A DNA stretch of 64,000 nt from Camelus ferus (Eukaryota), in contig NC_045697.1 in assembly GCF_009834535.1 (NCBI RefSeq), positions 21,454,001-21,518,000 on the forward strand. The letters are read 5' to 3'. A program made the translations under genes and the position numbers. Each line of letters starts with the position of its first letter. The first letter of the stretch is position 1. The notes beneath the pieces were generated by a model. It had not been told where the DNA came from. It worked only from the letters and a program-made list of their open reading frames with translations, and did no database searches. Positions 1 through 14,555 of the stretch are shown here, piece by piece.

Positions 1-3000
1 TGAAAAATAAATACATTTCAAAATATAGCATGGCAAGATTTCCTTTTTTAACTTGCAACTTTCCTTTTAGAATTTCATAATGAAAAAGAAATTTATAAAA
101 CCATGTAGTCTATCTCAAGTTAACATATTCTATTTTAAAAGAAGGTAACTGAAAAGGGATTACATAACCCAAATAAATGAATGACTAATGACAGAATTGC
201 AATAACTTTATCTCTTATGACTTCCTGATTAATCTTGTGAAAATAACTCTGTGATTTTATAATTTCCTTGCCAAAATAAACCTATGGTTTCCAAATTCTT
301 TTAAAACAGCATCTGCACTTCTATGTTTGGCTTTAAGTTTTTCTCTTTCTCAATCCATATCCAAAACCTGTTTCCCACATCTTCATGAAACAGTCTCTCT
401 CTTCCATTCAAGTTACCTCCTCATTTTCCCACATGGTGGAAAAATAAGAAAGAAAATGAAGGCGTAAAATTTGTGTGCCTTGCAAACTTTTAGCAGGACC
501 GTTCCTCCTAGAATATTCTTCCCCTGTCTTCATCTGATGACATTCTGCTCATGTTTTACAGTCCAGCTCAAAATTTACAACTGATAATCAGTATTTTCTG
601 AATGTGTTATCTAAATGAAATTTTAATCTATAAATACAAAGTTTCTAGAAACCTGCCATTGTCTTCCACTGCAAAGAATTACTAATTTTAAGTTGCATCT
701 TACACATATTGGAGAGGATTTATGTTATTCAATAAATACTTACTCAACTTGGCACGAATGTAAACTAAAAATGGAAAGGGATGACATCTGTGAAAATCAG
801 GTTGTGAAGAATAGAGAAGGAATTTGAGATGTTATCAAACATGCCAGTCCAGGAAATGTTGGGTGTGCGATGCTGGTGGAATATTGTTGAGCAGAACTGT
901 AGAATTAGACAAGTGCTAGAAATTTAAATATAACAGCAGAGAGAGTAATGGTTATTTTAGTGCTGTGTAGGTAGGACAGAAGATAGATCAGAAAATTCAG
1001 ATAGAGTATATATTTACCATGTTCATAGGAATGTACTCATCAATATCATACACATGATCAAAATGGATCTTAAAAATACTTTTGAAGAAATAATTTTAGG
1101 GATAAAAAACAGGAGGAATTGAGATTAAGATGCTCTAACAAAGAATCATAAACATAAAGAAAGAAAACTTAATATTAATCTAGTCATGCCGGCTTTCTTA
1201 TGATTGATGTTTGTTTTCCAAACAATTTACTTTTTTCTGATCGATGTCTTATATTTATGGTGGGTTTCTTAGAGACAGTATATATTTGGGTCTTTTTTAT
1301 CCATTCCAACAGTTCCTGGATTTTAATTGGAGGTGTTTAGATTGTTTATACGTGATGAATTTGTTGATATAGTTGGTATAAATCTACTATTTCTATCATT
1401 TTGTTCCCTCTGTTCTTTCTTCCCATTTTTCTTTTCGTTTTCTTCTGGATTAAGTTCATTTTATTTTATTTTATCTCATTTTTGGCTTATTATCTATAAC
1501 TCTCTGTTTTATCATTTTAAAGTTTGTTTAGAATTTTAAAAATATATATCTTTAATGTATCATAGTCTCCCTTCAAACAATATTATACTACTTTATGTAT
1601 AATGCAAAAGCTTAAAACAGTATAATCCTGAATGTTGTGCACTTGTTTTCTTACATTTTACTTCCATATATGTTATAAATCCCACAACACATTGTTGTTA
1701 TTCATTTTGCTTAAACAATTATCCTTCAAAGTAATTTTAAAAATAAGGAAAGTGTCTTTTTATCTGCACATAACCATTTTCATTTTTTATTCTTTCTGTA
1801 GATCACCATTTCAATTTCTTACTGTTTTCTTTCTCCCTGAAGGGCTTTCTTTAACACTCCTCATAGTGATGATAATAGTGATGTTGATGATATATCCTTT
1901 CAGATTTTTATATGTCTCAGGTCTTTACTCTGGCTTCATTTTCAAAATACATTTTGCTGAAATAACATTCTAGTTTGACGTATTTTTCAGTACTTTTAAG
2001 ATGCTTCTCCCTTTTTCTGGCTTGAATTACTGTTGACAATAAATCTGCTCTCATTCTTATATTTATTCCTGTGTGCATATATTTTTTTCCCTTGCAGCTT
2101 TAAAGCTTTTTCTTTTATCACTGGTTTTAAGCAATGATTATGATGTCCCTTGGTGCTGTTTTTTCCTTCTTCTTTATGCTTAAAATTCATTGAGCTTCTT
2201 GGATCTTTGGATTTATAACTTTTATCAAATTTGGAAAAATTTGTCCTTTATTTCTTCAAATATTTTCTCCATTGTTCCCACTTCTCTTCCTGATATTTGA
2301 GTTACAATTGTATCAGGACATTTAATAGCTCATAATTCACTGATGCTCTATTAATTCTTTACAGACTTCAAAAAAATTTATATTTCATTTTCTACCATTT
2401 CTTGATTGTGGTATGTTTAAATTAAGTAATATTTTTCTTCTACAGTGTCTAATTTCTTTTAATTCAATTCATTTTATTTTTTATTTTAGAGGTTATATTT
2501 TTATCTCTAGAGGTTCACTTTGGGTTTCATCTTTATTTTTTATTTTTCTCTGTATCGTCTTTACATCCTACATTTTTGGAACATATTGAATATATTTTCC
2601 ATGTACCATGTATACATCATGCATGTATGTATACATTACACTTTTTACCTATTCTATTATGTGTACCTTTTTGGAATCTGATTCAGTTGATTGATGTTTA
2701 TTCTTACTATGCATTATATTTTTCTACTCCTTTGCATGCCTGGTATTTTTTTAAATAAATGCCAAAGGTGAGTTTTACATGACTGGTTGCTCGAATTATC
2801 TGTGTTCTTATCAATATTTCTGGGCTTTGTTCTAGAATGTAGTTGAGTTACTAGGAAACAGTTTTAACCTTTTGAGGCTTGCTTTTCAGCTTTCTTGGGA
2901 AAGTCCAGACAGTTTTTCTGGAGCTAACGTGGCCTCACTACGGAGGCAATAATCTTTTATATGTTCTGCATGAAACCGTGTGTGTTAGGTAGGATATCTT

Positions 3001-3144
3001 TCCATTCTGACTCTTGGGAAATGCATAATATCCAGTTTTATTTTACCTGCTCTTTAGTGATCATTTCCTGGATCTAGTTTCCTCACAACATGTGCTGATA
3101 GGCAATCACATGTTTGCTTGTGATACTGTGTATCTCCAGTGCTT

Positions 3145-3193
3145 TCTCTCTCTCTCTTTCTGTGTGTGTTTGTGTGTGTGTGTGTGTGTGTGT
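3145..3193. repeat. Compound (TC)n(TG)n microsatellite
   Basis: Directly visible tctctc...tgtgtg run. Confidence 0.95.
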
Positions 3194-3452
3194 CCTATCT
3201 GGGTTCTACCCTGTGATTTCTAGACACCTTGACCTCCCTAAAGTCCGAACTCCTTTTCAACTAATTAATATAACTAGCCTTCTTCTGAGTCTCACTTCCT
3301 TGGACTTTGGCCTAAAAAATTTGTTTAATTAGTAAGATGGAAAATCATATGGTTCAAATTGGTTTTTTTTTTTTCATTTATCAGTGTTCTATCTTGTATG
3401 TTTTCCAAAAATCTGAAAATATTTACTTCATACATTTTGTCTGCATTTGTTT

Positions 3453-4139
3453 GCACAGCAAAGTGATTCAGTTATACATGTATATATTATCAGATTCCTT
3501 TCTATTATAGATTATCACAAGATATTACATATAGTTCTCTGCATTGTACAGTAGGCCCTTGTCGTTTATCTGTTTTATATATAGTAGTGTGTATCTGTTA
3601 ATCCCAAATTCCAAATTTACCCCTCCCCCTCCCCCTTTGGTAACCATACATTTGTTTTCTATGTCTGTCAGTCTATTTTTATTTTGTAAATAAGTTTATT
3701 TGTATCATTTTTTTTTTTTTTGGATTCCACATGTAAGTGATAGCATATAATATTTGTCTTTCTCTCCCTGACTTACTTCATTTAGTATGATAATATCTCG
3801 GTCTGTCCCTGTTGCTGCAGATGGCATTACTTCACTCTTTTTTATGACTGAGGGGTATTCCAATATGTGTATATTACATCTTCTTTATCCAATTATCTAT
3901 TGATGGACATTTTGATTGCTTCCATGTCTTGGCTATTATAAATAGTGCTTCTATGAACATTGAGGTGCATGTATATTTTTGAATTAGAATTTTCATCTTT
4001 TCTGGGTATATACCCAGGAGTTAGATTGCTGGATCATATGGTAACTCTATCATTTGTTTTTTAAGGAACCTCCATACTGTTCTCCATAGTGGCTGCACCA
4101 ATTTACATCCCCATCAGCAGTGTAAGAGAGTTCCCTTTC
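3453..4139 (-). mobile_element. Younger cetartiodactyl-type L1, 3'UTR plus ORF2 C-terminus, 5'-truncated, poly(A) end missing
   Basis: Antisense L1 3' motifs cagcaaagtgattcagttatacat, ggtaaccatacatttgttttctatgtctgt, aaggaacctccatactgttctccatagtggctgcaccaatttaca. Clearly similar to 60734-61516. Confidence 0.9.
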
Positions 4140-6024
4140 ACTGAGAAAGTAAATTCTGTCTTTGTCACTTCATCATGACAAGAAATGGCAAGTTCAAGAT
4201 AGCTTAAAATTGGCAATTAATTATGGGAAAAATGGAGGCTGATGTAAGAATATTTAGGGATAAATGAATAAATAAAAGATGATGGGATCTGCAGTGGATG
4301 GTGAGGAAGGGGAAAGAATCTGAACAACCCATTTTCTTTACTTTTCCTGGTTGATGTTTCTTGTGCCTTTCTTTAAGCTCTATCTGTTTCATCTTTTGAT
4401 TAGCATTCTATTTATTCTCTACTTTCCTTTGGCATAGATATATAGGTGAATTCTACTTATATTTCTTTTGCATTTAAGTCTGCCCTCCAACACACACATC
4501 TATACCACAATAATCTAGTCAACCTAGATTACCAAACCAAATTTTAATATATTAATGCTCAGAGATTATTTTCACTGTACATAATAATAGGAAAGACTAT
4601 CCACTCGGCTATTATACATCCATTATATATCCAGCACATTGGTTGTATTAATGGGCTAAGTCATCTATGTGGTAGGAAATCTTTTGCTGTACCTATCATT
4701 TTAAACATATATATGTATATTTTAGAATGGATTTATATTGTTGAGATGAATTCTGAATACACAAAATAATCATTTAATTTAGATATGAAATTCTGTTTTG
4801 GAATTGAATGATGAAACCAATTGATATTGAAATATGGAGAACCTTATGTTGTTTTAAAATATAATTTGCAACTAAAAATATTTGTCACTTACCTATATAC
4901 ATCATTGGATTTGGGGACGCCACTAGATGGATAAGAAACAAATAAGAATACAAAATCATAGATGGAAAATAATTTTTAATAAAAGATTTATAAAATATAT
5001 ATCTCAATATAAAATTCTTCCTGATTGAATCACTGAATCATTCTTAGAATACAAATGAAATAAAACTTTCTTAAATTCTAATCTCCAGAGATTGAAATAA
5101 ATTCTATGTGGTACTAAAATTTGAAAATGCAGTGGTGAATATTTATTTATTATGTATCAACACATTATTCATCACAGAATAAATATTCCTTGTTTTCAAG
5201 TTGAAATCATCTCAGAAAATTAGGGTCAGATTTTATAATCTACTCTACATTCAAATTCAAATCTTATTTTTTATAAAGAATCATCAGATACGGAAACAAT
5301 ATGAATTTTCTGCCTCCTATTCTTGAACTCCTCAGCATTCACATACAAACACCAAGAAAGAAAAAAAAAAAGAAAAGAAAATGCTGAGTTTTTGTTACAG
5401 GTTAACAAGGTGGATGGAATGGCATCTTAATCAGTGATAATTTGTGAAATGTTCTATTGCTAATGAAGTCGAACGCCACCCTGGTTGCCTGCCAAAACTC
5501 CAAATTTGGAAGTACCTATTACACCAATACTGACAAGGCAGGAAATATGAACGCTTGAACTTAGCATCAAGGAGCAAACAAACCAAAAAATCCTCCCAAA
5601 CAGGGGAGCACTCTAATGAGCTGCAGAACTCCATGCTGACTCCAGATGCCACTAGAATTAGAAACTAGATATTTCTTACCTCTGTTCAGGAAAAAAAAAA
5701 AATGCTGAAGACTGACTGCGACTACATTTGATTGACTTTTCAACCTTCTCTATTGCATATAGAAAATGTCAATTACCCATAATCGTGATTTTTAAGTAGT
5801 TGTTTGCTCAGCTTAGTGTCTTCTAATGATATTTGCATTTGTTTACATTTTCCTGCAATATAAATTATCAGAATAACTGAAATACAAAATTATCCAACTT
5901 AAAGAAAGTTATTAGAACTTGAAGGAACTAGATCACTGCCCTGCCACTGTACTATTTTATGTGAAAACATAAATTGATTACTTAAGTTTGAATATAGAGA
6001 ATTTTTGATTTTGAAGTAAAGATA

Positions 6025-6065
6025 TGTGTGTGTGTGCGTGCGCGCATGTGTGTGTGTGTGTGTGT
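6025..6065. repeat. (TG)n microsatellite with CG interruption (alternating purine-pyrimidine)
   Basis: tgtgtgtgtgtgcgtgcgcgcatgtgtgtg... visible. Confidence 0.95.
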
Positions 6066-6394
6066 ACTGGTGTCTCACATTTATTCACACTATGACTTTG
6101 GTATGCAGCAACAGTGTAGTTTCTTTATCTACAACTATCATAGAAACCCTAACTTTCTGGGTGTAGAAAGAATAGCATTACAGTCCCATCCATTAACATT
6201 AGGCTGAAAAATAATATAAACAGTCGTTTTAAATAATGCTCGGTCTCCCTAGGTAAGAATTGTCAGGCTTTCATATTTCTCCTCAAACCCTGTTCCTCTC
6301 AAAGATGGTTTCTTTGTTTGGGTGGGGCTACATGGCTTTGTGGCTGTTTAGGTAAAGATGTCCTTAAATCCTCTGTGGCGTTTCCCTGATCTCT

Positions 6395-8720
6395 TATTTT
6401 GATAAAAATGCTTAACATAGGATCCACCCTCTTAAGAAACTGTTGAGTGTACAATACAGTACTGTTAACTGCAATTACAGGGTTGTATAGTGTATCTCTA
6501 GAACTTTCTCATTTGACTGAACTAAAACTTTATGTCTTTGGTTAAAGTCTCCCCATTTTTCCTTCCCTCAGCCTCTAGCATTCTTTGATTCTATGTATTT
6601 GACTATTTTAGATACTTCATCTATAAATGGGATCATGCAATATTTGTCCTATGTGACCGACTTACTTCACGTAACATTATGTTCTCAAGGTTTATCTGTG
6701 TGGTAGCATATGACAGAATTTCCTCCTTTTTAAGCTGAATAATATTCTGTTGTATATATATACATATGCCACCTTTTCTTTATTAATTCATTTTTTTCAG
6801 TGGACATTTAGTCATCTTGTATGACTTGGCTACCGTGAATAATGTTGCAATGAAAGTCAGTATGCAATATCTTTTGAGATCCTGTTTTGAATATACACCC
6901 AAAAGAAGTGGGATTGCTGGATCATATGGCAATTCTATTCATAGTTTTTAAAGGAAATGCTACACTGTTTTCCAAACCAGCGGCACCATTTTACATTCTC
7001 ACCAACAGTGCACAAGAGTTCCAGTTTCTCTACATCTTCACCAATTCTTATTTGTTTGTCTGCTTGTTTTTGAAAACGGTCAGCTAATCGGTTGAGGTGA
7101 TATCTTGCCATGGTTTTGATAAGCATTTCTCTGGTGATTAGTGATGTTGATCATCTTTACATGTACCTGTTGGCCATTTGTATATTTTATGGAGAAATGT
7201 CTATGAGAGCCTTCAGCCCATTTTTAAATTGAGATATCACGTTTTTGTTATTGAGTTGTAGAAGTTCCTTATATACTTGGAGTACGAACCCTTTATCAAA
7301 TATGTGGCTTGCAAGTACTTTATCTCATTCTGTAGGCTGTCTTTCCATTCTGTTGATTGCTTTCTTGGCTATGCAGAAGCTTTTAGTTTGATATAGTACT
7401 TTTCAATTTTTGCTTCTGTTGCCTATGCTTTTGTTATTATACCCAAGAAATTATTGCCAATGTCATAAAGTGTTTCCTTCATGTTTTCTTCTCAGATTTT
7501 TTTTAAAGTTTCAGGTCTTACATTTAAGTCTTTAATTCATTTGGAAATGATTTTTGTGTATGGTGTAAGATAAGTGTCCAAATTCTTTCTTTTGCATGTG
7601 GATATCCAGTTTCCAACACCATTTATTGAAAAGACTATTCTTTCCCCATTTTGTATTCTTGGCACTCTCATCAAAGGTTAGTCAACCATGTATGTGTGTA
7701 TTTGTCTTCATACTCTCTATTTAGTCCCATTGCCATAGGTCTGATTTTATGTCTGTACAATACTACTTCAATTACTATAGCTTTGTACTCTATTTTGAAA
7801 TCAGGAAATATGATGCCTCTTACTGTGTTCTTCCTTCTCAACATTGATTTGTCTGCTTGGAGTGTTTTGTGATTACACATGAATTTTATAACTGTTTTTT
7901 TCCATTTTTGTAAAAGCTGCCATTGAGATTTTAATAGAAATTTCATTGAATTTGTAAATTGCTTTGCATAGAATGGACATTCAAACAATATTGTCTTTTA
8001 ATCCATGAACAGGAATATCTTTTCATTTGTTTGTCTTTTAAATTTCATTTCATCAATGTTTTGTAGTTTTCAGTTTACAAGCCTTTCAAATCCTTAGTTA
8101 AATTTAATCCTAAGTATTTTGTTATTTTTACTGTAGGTGGAATTGTTTTACTAATTTCCTTTTCAGATAGTTTGTTGATAGTGGATTGAAGTTCAACTGA
8201 TTTTTGTATGTTGATTTTGAAACATACAACTTCACTAAATTTGTTTATGAGTTGTAGTAGGTTTTCTCTTTTTTAATAGAGTCTTTAGGGCTTTCTATCT
8301 ATAATATCTTGTCATTTGCAAGAAGAAATAATTTTACTACTTCCTTTCCATCTGAATGTGTTTTATTTATTTATAATTGATTGGTTAGGACTTCCAGATC
8401 TATGTCGAATAAAAATGGTGAGAGCATGCATCCTATTTTGTTCCTGATTTTAAAGAAAGGTTGTTCAACTTTTTACTGTTGCTTATGATGTTAGCTGTGA
8501 GCTTTTCATAGGTGGCCTTTATTATGCTGAGGTATGTTCTTTCCACACCAAATTTGTTGAGAGTTCCTGAATTTTATCAGATGCTTTTTCTGCATCTTGT
8601 GAGACCATCATGTGATTTTTATCCTTTATTTTGTTAATGTGGTGTATTATATTAATTGATTTTCATATGTTGAACCATCCTTGCACCTTAGAGATAAATC
8701 CCATTTGGTCATGGTATACG
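6395..8720 (-). mobile_element. L1 (L1MA/L1MB-age) 3'UTR plus 3' half of ORF2, frameshifted
   Basis: ORF 7671-7988 (KTVIKFMCNHKTLQADKSMLRRKNTVRGIIFPDFKIEYKAIVI) and ORF 6935-7126 (MLIKTMARYHL...GEDVEKLELLCTVGENVKW) resemble L1 ORF2p C-terminal segments. Confidence 0.92.
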
Positions 8721-8734
8721 AGATATAAATATAT

Positions 8735-9055
8735 TTGCATGTGGCCTTTCCTTTATCTAGAAAGCTCTTTCTCAAAATATCCACATGGTTTTCTCCCTCA
8801 CTTTATCTTGGTATTTGATCAAAATTTTTATAAATTTTCTTCATAGTCTTCTTATATTAATAGCATCATCAACTCTATCCCATGATCCCTACTTTAAAAA
8901 ACATGTATATGATTTACATGCTATTTAACTTGCTTTATATGTGGTTTAATTTCCTGTATTTTCTTATTGGAAGAGATTATTCTGCTTAATTGTGAATACC
9001 TCAAACATAAAAATATGTATGATACATAATAAAGAAATAATTAATATCAGTTGTT
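8735..9055 (+). mobile_element. Decayed L2 3' fragment
   Basis: tttcctttatctagaaagctctttctcaaaatatccacatggttttctccctcacttt resembles the L2 3' region. Very diverged. Confidence 0.4.
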
Positions 9056-9869
9056 GTTATTTTATTTTTGTATAGTGCCTTAAACTAGATATAGAAATTT
9101 TTGCACTTTTTTTTGATACAGTTGAAGTTTGTGATAATTTTTTTCCAAAGGGAAGTATTGCAATCCTTATGGTATCAAAACCAAAACTATTTAAGAAATG
9201 ATGAAAAATTAATACCTTTTTCAGCACCCATGAAGGAGTTGTGTAATACTACATTATTCATGAGATGAGAAGAATAAGGCTTCCTTACAAAAAAATATAA
9301 TGGTTATCATCTAGAACTGTTTGTAGTTTGTAGAAAATAAAACCATTCAGTTTCTAATTGATTTCTCTCCTTTTTTAATCATATGAACTATTTCCTTTAT
9401 TAAATGATACTAATTATTTATATATATTTTTATTGTAACACATGACTAAAGAAAAGCATTTTTTAATAATTTTTAAAGTTTGAAATCTATTGACAATACA
9501 CATATGAAATTAAAGCCACATATGACATTTTTATTCAGGGAATATGGTACAACTTTGAGTAAAACTCCTTCCTGAGGAAAACTGAGAATGTCATAATTAC
9601 TTTGTAGAATGATTAATGGCACTCATAAATTTAGGTATTAGCCAATTCTCTTAAGAATCAGGTTTGTTCATAAAATATTCTATGAAACATTTTTATTCTA
9701 AACCCCAACCCCCATTCCAAAAGTGCTAGTCAAAAGTCTTCTTCTTGACAATTTCACCATGCCTTCCTTCCATAATATTTACATTTTCTTGTAATTAAGT
9801 AGTTAACTGAAAAATGGTCTATATAATAGATAGCTGATTATCAGACTTCTATAGAAATTTAGCCCAAAT

Positions 9870-10270
9870 TTACTCTTCGGAATTGACCATGGTATTCCTA
9901 GAAGTGAAATAGATTGGAAGCCCATATACACATGTATATGTAATTATGGAAGAAATGGAGAAATTGAGAGAGAGAGAAAAACTGCAAAAGGGAGAAATTT
10001 GCTCACAGGACAACCCCGGACATATCTGTAGTTTGGGTTCAAAGGCAGTCAACTAGCAGAATATCTTTATGCTCATTATTTGTCATTATTTGTTTTATTA
10101 AGGCCTTCAACTGATCAGATAAGGGCCACTCACATGGTAATTTGCTTTACTCAATGTCCAATGATTAAAATATTAATGTCAGTCGAAAAAAACAACTTCA
10201 CAGAAGCATTCAAAATAGTATTTGACCAAGAACTGTGGCCCAGCCAAGTTAACACATAGAATTAATCATA
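9870..10270 (-). mobile_element. MLT2-type ERVL LTR
   Basis: Right end ggcccagccaagttaacacatagaattaatcata is the reverse complement of the MLT2 start. Internal ggccttcaactgat and tttgctttactcaatgtccaatgatt motifs. Confidence 0.8.
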
Positions 10271-12399
10271 AAAAGGGTCATTAAATATCAATAAAGCCAG
10301 TATAGCCAAAGTGATTAAGTATACATAGGCACTCGGTGGAGAAACCTGTGTTTAGAACCAAGCTAGCTGATCCCCCTACCCTAAAAGAGTGGAATATAAC
10401 TATGCCTAGCTCCTCTTAATCATGGCATGAACAACACATTTAAAAAAAAAAAAAGAAAATAGATGATTCCTATTTAGTGAATCTGGACTATGTATCTACA
10501 ATGACATACAATATGTATCTACAAACCAAGTTCAAAGTGGCAGATCTCCCTTAATCCCTAGCAGGTGACAGAAGAGCACATGGTGATTAGAACTTAACTA
10601 GAGCTGAACTTAACTAGTTCACTTAACTCTTGAGTGAATTTATCATATTAAAGTATCACCTAGGTTAATTTAGAATAAGAGATTGATATGGAAGTCAAGT
10701 AGAACTTCTAAACATTACCTTGTTAATTACTTTATCCAATTATTTTACTTCCTGATATCAAGAACTCGAGTTATCATATTATCCTACAGAATGAGTACCT
10801 GATTGATTCACTTCCAACATGTTCAGTTAGAAGTGTCCACAATACAGAGGAACATATCAGGTCAAGACTGGAGTTATTATTATACTGGTGTTACTTACAA
10901 CATTGAGTGTTTAGTGTTAACTAACATAAAGTATACAAAGTCAAGAAAATTAAGCTAAGTAGAAATATAGGGGAAAGAAAACAATAGTTAAGTGACTGAT
11001 GTAAATTATTAATTAGGAAATAAATCTGATGAAAAGCAGTTTGTTTTCTTCATTGCAGAATATTTTTAAAGTAATTAGAAAGACCCAAATAAGGAGGAGA
11101 AAGATTAGAGTAATTTTGATCACAAAGGAAATGATTTTTAAAAGAAGCAAAAAGGATGTGATTATTGAAATATTCTCTATGTTGTGTTAGAATTAATTGA
11201 ATGTATTAAGACAGATAATTCAGCAGATGAATGAAAGTGATATGATTTTTGTAGATTGTAGGATTTGGGGGTTTGATGACAAAAATGAAGGAAACCAATA
11301 ATATAATTTTAGTAGATTTGAGAATGAAGTGGCAGCCACAATTCTCAGCTGCCTCACTTGAGAGATCCCCTCCTAATCCTGCAGATGTTATAATGAGAAC
11401 ATGTTACATGCGAATGAATAAAACATTCATTCCTGGAAGGGCATCACCTTATGGGGTCATCTGGCATTCAGTCTGTAGTATTCATTAAATCAGCTCATGA
11501 AGACTGAGACTTAAGTGGTATTGTGAAGAGCCTGCAACCCTCAGGTCCTGCTCATTCATTATATCATCTGTGCACAGAGCAAGAAAAGTTAATACTTGTA
11601 AGTCTGAATTGCTTCGCCTAGTTCTCCCAATTTCATCGTTCCACCGAAAGAAACCTAAAAACTGGAAAAGGGAAAGCTATCTACTCATAATTTTTGCATT
11701 GGTTTTGGTTGCAAGTCGTTGTAGCATTTCACAGCCTTGATTTGTTAGTTTTCCTAGGTTATGCTGCCAACAAGCTGCCCTTTTCTACAAGTAACAGGTG
11801 AGCAAGTAAACAAGTAGAAGAAGAAAAAGGAGAAACCATCCACAAAGGAGAATCGGGGGGATATTATGAGGAAAAATAAGAGAGTAGCATTCGGAAGAAA
11901 AAGTTAAGAAATGTTTGAGGACACAGTGGTCAACAGATCCAAATGCAACAGAGAAAAAGAAAGAAGTATTTTGAACTTAGAGACACTGGCATTACCATTG
12001 AATGTCACCAGATCCTACTCAAGGTTTGGGAAGAGGGGTGGTAATAGGGCATCAAAACTACATCATCACATAAAAATAATATTCAGGAGTGGAGTACATG
12101 TGAATTAAAATGATAAATGCACCGTATAGTAGAAAACTCAGTGGAAATGACAAAGAGAAAATAGAAACAGAAATACACTAGAGTTGCTGGTTTGGAATTA
12201 AGTCTTTATCTAAAACTGTTATTTGGTGTCTTGGAAGGAGTTTTGAAACCCTGTGCTCTTGACTTAAAGGCTCACTCTTAACCTATTGTTAACAATTCAA
12301 AATGACTCAAATTCATAATAAAAATGATAATAAGGGATGAAATAATTTCTTCTTTACAGCATTACGCACTTATTTGTTTATTTGTTGCTCTTTTTGAGA

Positions 12400-13560
12400 G
12401 TAACAGGATTTTATTTAGAAAAGTGAGAAATACAGAAAAATATAAAGAAGAAAATAATTTCCAGAAGTCTCAAAATGAATAACAATTATGACCATTCTAC
12501 ATTATTTCCTTCAATCTTTTTTTTTGAAGAAACTATAATACATGTGAATGTTTGCATGTACTTTACTTTGCTAAAAATTCAGACCACGCTCCACATTCAA
12601 CTATGCAAAATGTTATTTCTTTTATAAACATATTGTGAGCATTTTTACCACAATAGTAAATTTTTAATGTCTGCACAATTATATTCTATTTCATTGCTCT
12701 ATTAAAAGAGTAGTTTATAATTCTGTTCTTTTAGGTAATTTGGATTCTCAGTATTTCATGAATATACAACTGTGATCTACATTTCTGTTTACATATATAT
12801 CTTAATTATAATTTCTGGGTATAATTTTAAGATGAAATCCTGAAATTAAATTATGAAGTCAAGAATAGCAAAAATGTAAGGTTTTAACAGATTTGTAGCT
12901 CTCACACGAGTTGTAGTAATTTTATTGTCACCAGGAATATAAGTAGGTTCACTCTCTCTACATCCTAAAAAGATAAATATGATTAGTATTGTTATTTAAC
13001 TCTAAAAATTATTAGAGTTGAAAATAGTGTGTTTCTACTTATAGATTTTTATTATTAAGATTTAAATGTTACATGTATTTGTTTCTTATTTATTATTCAT
13101 TGCTTTCTGTCTTGCCATTTGCTTTTGTGAAATCTCTGTTCAAAACCTGTCCCATTTTTTCCTGCTGGACCATTACTTGTTTAATTAAATTTTTAGATTT
13201 TACTGCATCACCATACTAATCAATTGTGTTAAATATATGTATCATTTACCTCTTTTTATCAACACTCTGAATTGTAACATGCCTTTTAATGCACAAAGTT
13301 CACATTTTTCATATGGTGGTACTCTCTGTCTTTTAAAATTTCTATAACTAGTTTTTAGAAGGTCATAAATATTTGGTTTTTTGTATTACATCTTCCTTAG
13401 ATTGACAAAGAACTTCATCAAAATCAAGTTTTGTCATACAGTCTGAAGAAAAATCTTTGCCTCATTTACCATTTACCAGAAACTTTATTGAATAAAATCC
13501 TTCTTCTTTAGTGATTTTTGTGTGTGTGTGAAGCATGTTATCAATGTATCCTTGTAAACA
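12400..13560 (-). mobile_element. Ancient L1ME-type 3' region
   Basis: gaaatacagaaaaatataaagaagaaaataa-type antisense 3' end followed by decayed ORF2-like text (ttttgtgaaatctctgttcaaaacctgtcccatttttt). Confidence 0.55.
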
Positions 13561-14099
13561 AAGCTTCATTGTTATTATTGGTACAGTGAGTTAAGTTAGT
13601 ACTATTCAGCGGTTTCTACATTTTCTTATTTATTTATTAAGTTGAATTAAATTATTCATTTTAAAGATGTGCAGTGAGACTAACACTGTGGCCCATGGAA
13701 AAAGAGCGTGAACAAGACATGGCAAGTGGGGGCTTTAGTTTGCCTGCAGTGACCTTTCACATACGTATAAAGCAAGGAAGCAACTGAAAATCATGTTTTG
13801 TTTGCAAAAATATATGCATGTTTCAGAAATTTCAGCTTATTGTTTATGGTTTCCTCTCCAGCTATATTTTCTTTACTTCTTTCATATACAGGAAACAAAT
13901 AAGGACATGTCAGAAAAGGACTAAGAACCTGTCTCTGTTTGAGAACAGATACAGAAAACATTTTCATGACAACCATTAAAACAGAAGAAAAACTATTTAC
14001 AAGCATTTACTTTCTATCATATTTCAAAATCTCCAAATCAAAAAACTCCAAAAAAGAATTCTGATTCAATAATATGAATAGTTGAAACTAATAACTACA

Positions 14100-14300
14100 A
14101 ATTGCTATCTTCTGCTATATATTGGGCACCTAGCTATCACAGCAACCTTATGAAATTATTATACATTTATGTCATAGGAAACTAATTCTCAGAGTTGAAA
14201 TAACTTGTAAAGGGCACAGGGATAATGGCAGTATCAGTTCTCCTCAAAACCAAGTCTTTATGAGTCTCATCTGATGAACTTAATCACCCTCTTACACTCC
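14100..14300 (-). mobile_element. MIR SINE
   Basis: cacagcaaccttatgaa...ggaaactaattctcagagttgaaataacttgtaaagggcacag resembles the MIR core. Confidence 0.6.
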
Positions 14301-14555
14301 CACTTATGTTAGAACTCATTAGTGCTAAAGAATATTCAATCAGGACAGTCTAAATTAAGTTTAGTTAAAGCTTTTTAAAACAGTATCAGAGGTTACCCAG
14401 AAAATGATTTCTTGAAAGTTTTTCAGTTTGATCCTTTTCAAAGATGTTTGGTTTCCTTATATCTATAGGAAAATGGTACCTCAATAAGTTGGAATCTCTC
14501 TCTCTCTTTACATACACACACGCACACACACCCCCAAGGAGGCAAATAATATCCA

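Larger units (their letters stand above)
1171..4195 (-). mobile_element. Ancient L1 (L1M/L1MC-type) 5' part (start of ORF2, ORF1, 5'UTR), highly decayed, interrupted by a younger L1 at ~3453-4139
   Basis: Long T-rich antisense L1-like sequence starting aatattaatctagtcatgccggctttctt. Old-L1 5'-end-like motif resumes after 4140 (gaaagtaaattctgtctttgtcacttcatcatgacaagaaatggcaagttc). Boundaries approximate. Confidence 0.7.

Noticed and set aside
5390..6260. Isolated splice-like signals (tttttgttacag at 5400, ag|gtaaga at 6252; others at 26012, 42130, 54045)
   Set aside because: No paired acceptor and donor at exon-like spacing with an open frame. Expected by chance.
10489..10628. Short direct duplications (tatgtatctacaa x2; gaacttaactag x2)
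   Set aside because: Typical local slippage duplications. Similar ones at ~15140, ~52532 and ~63665.
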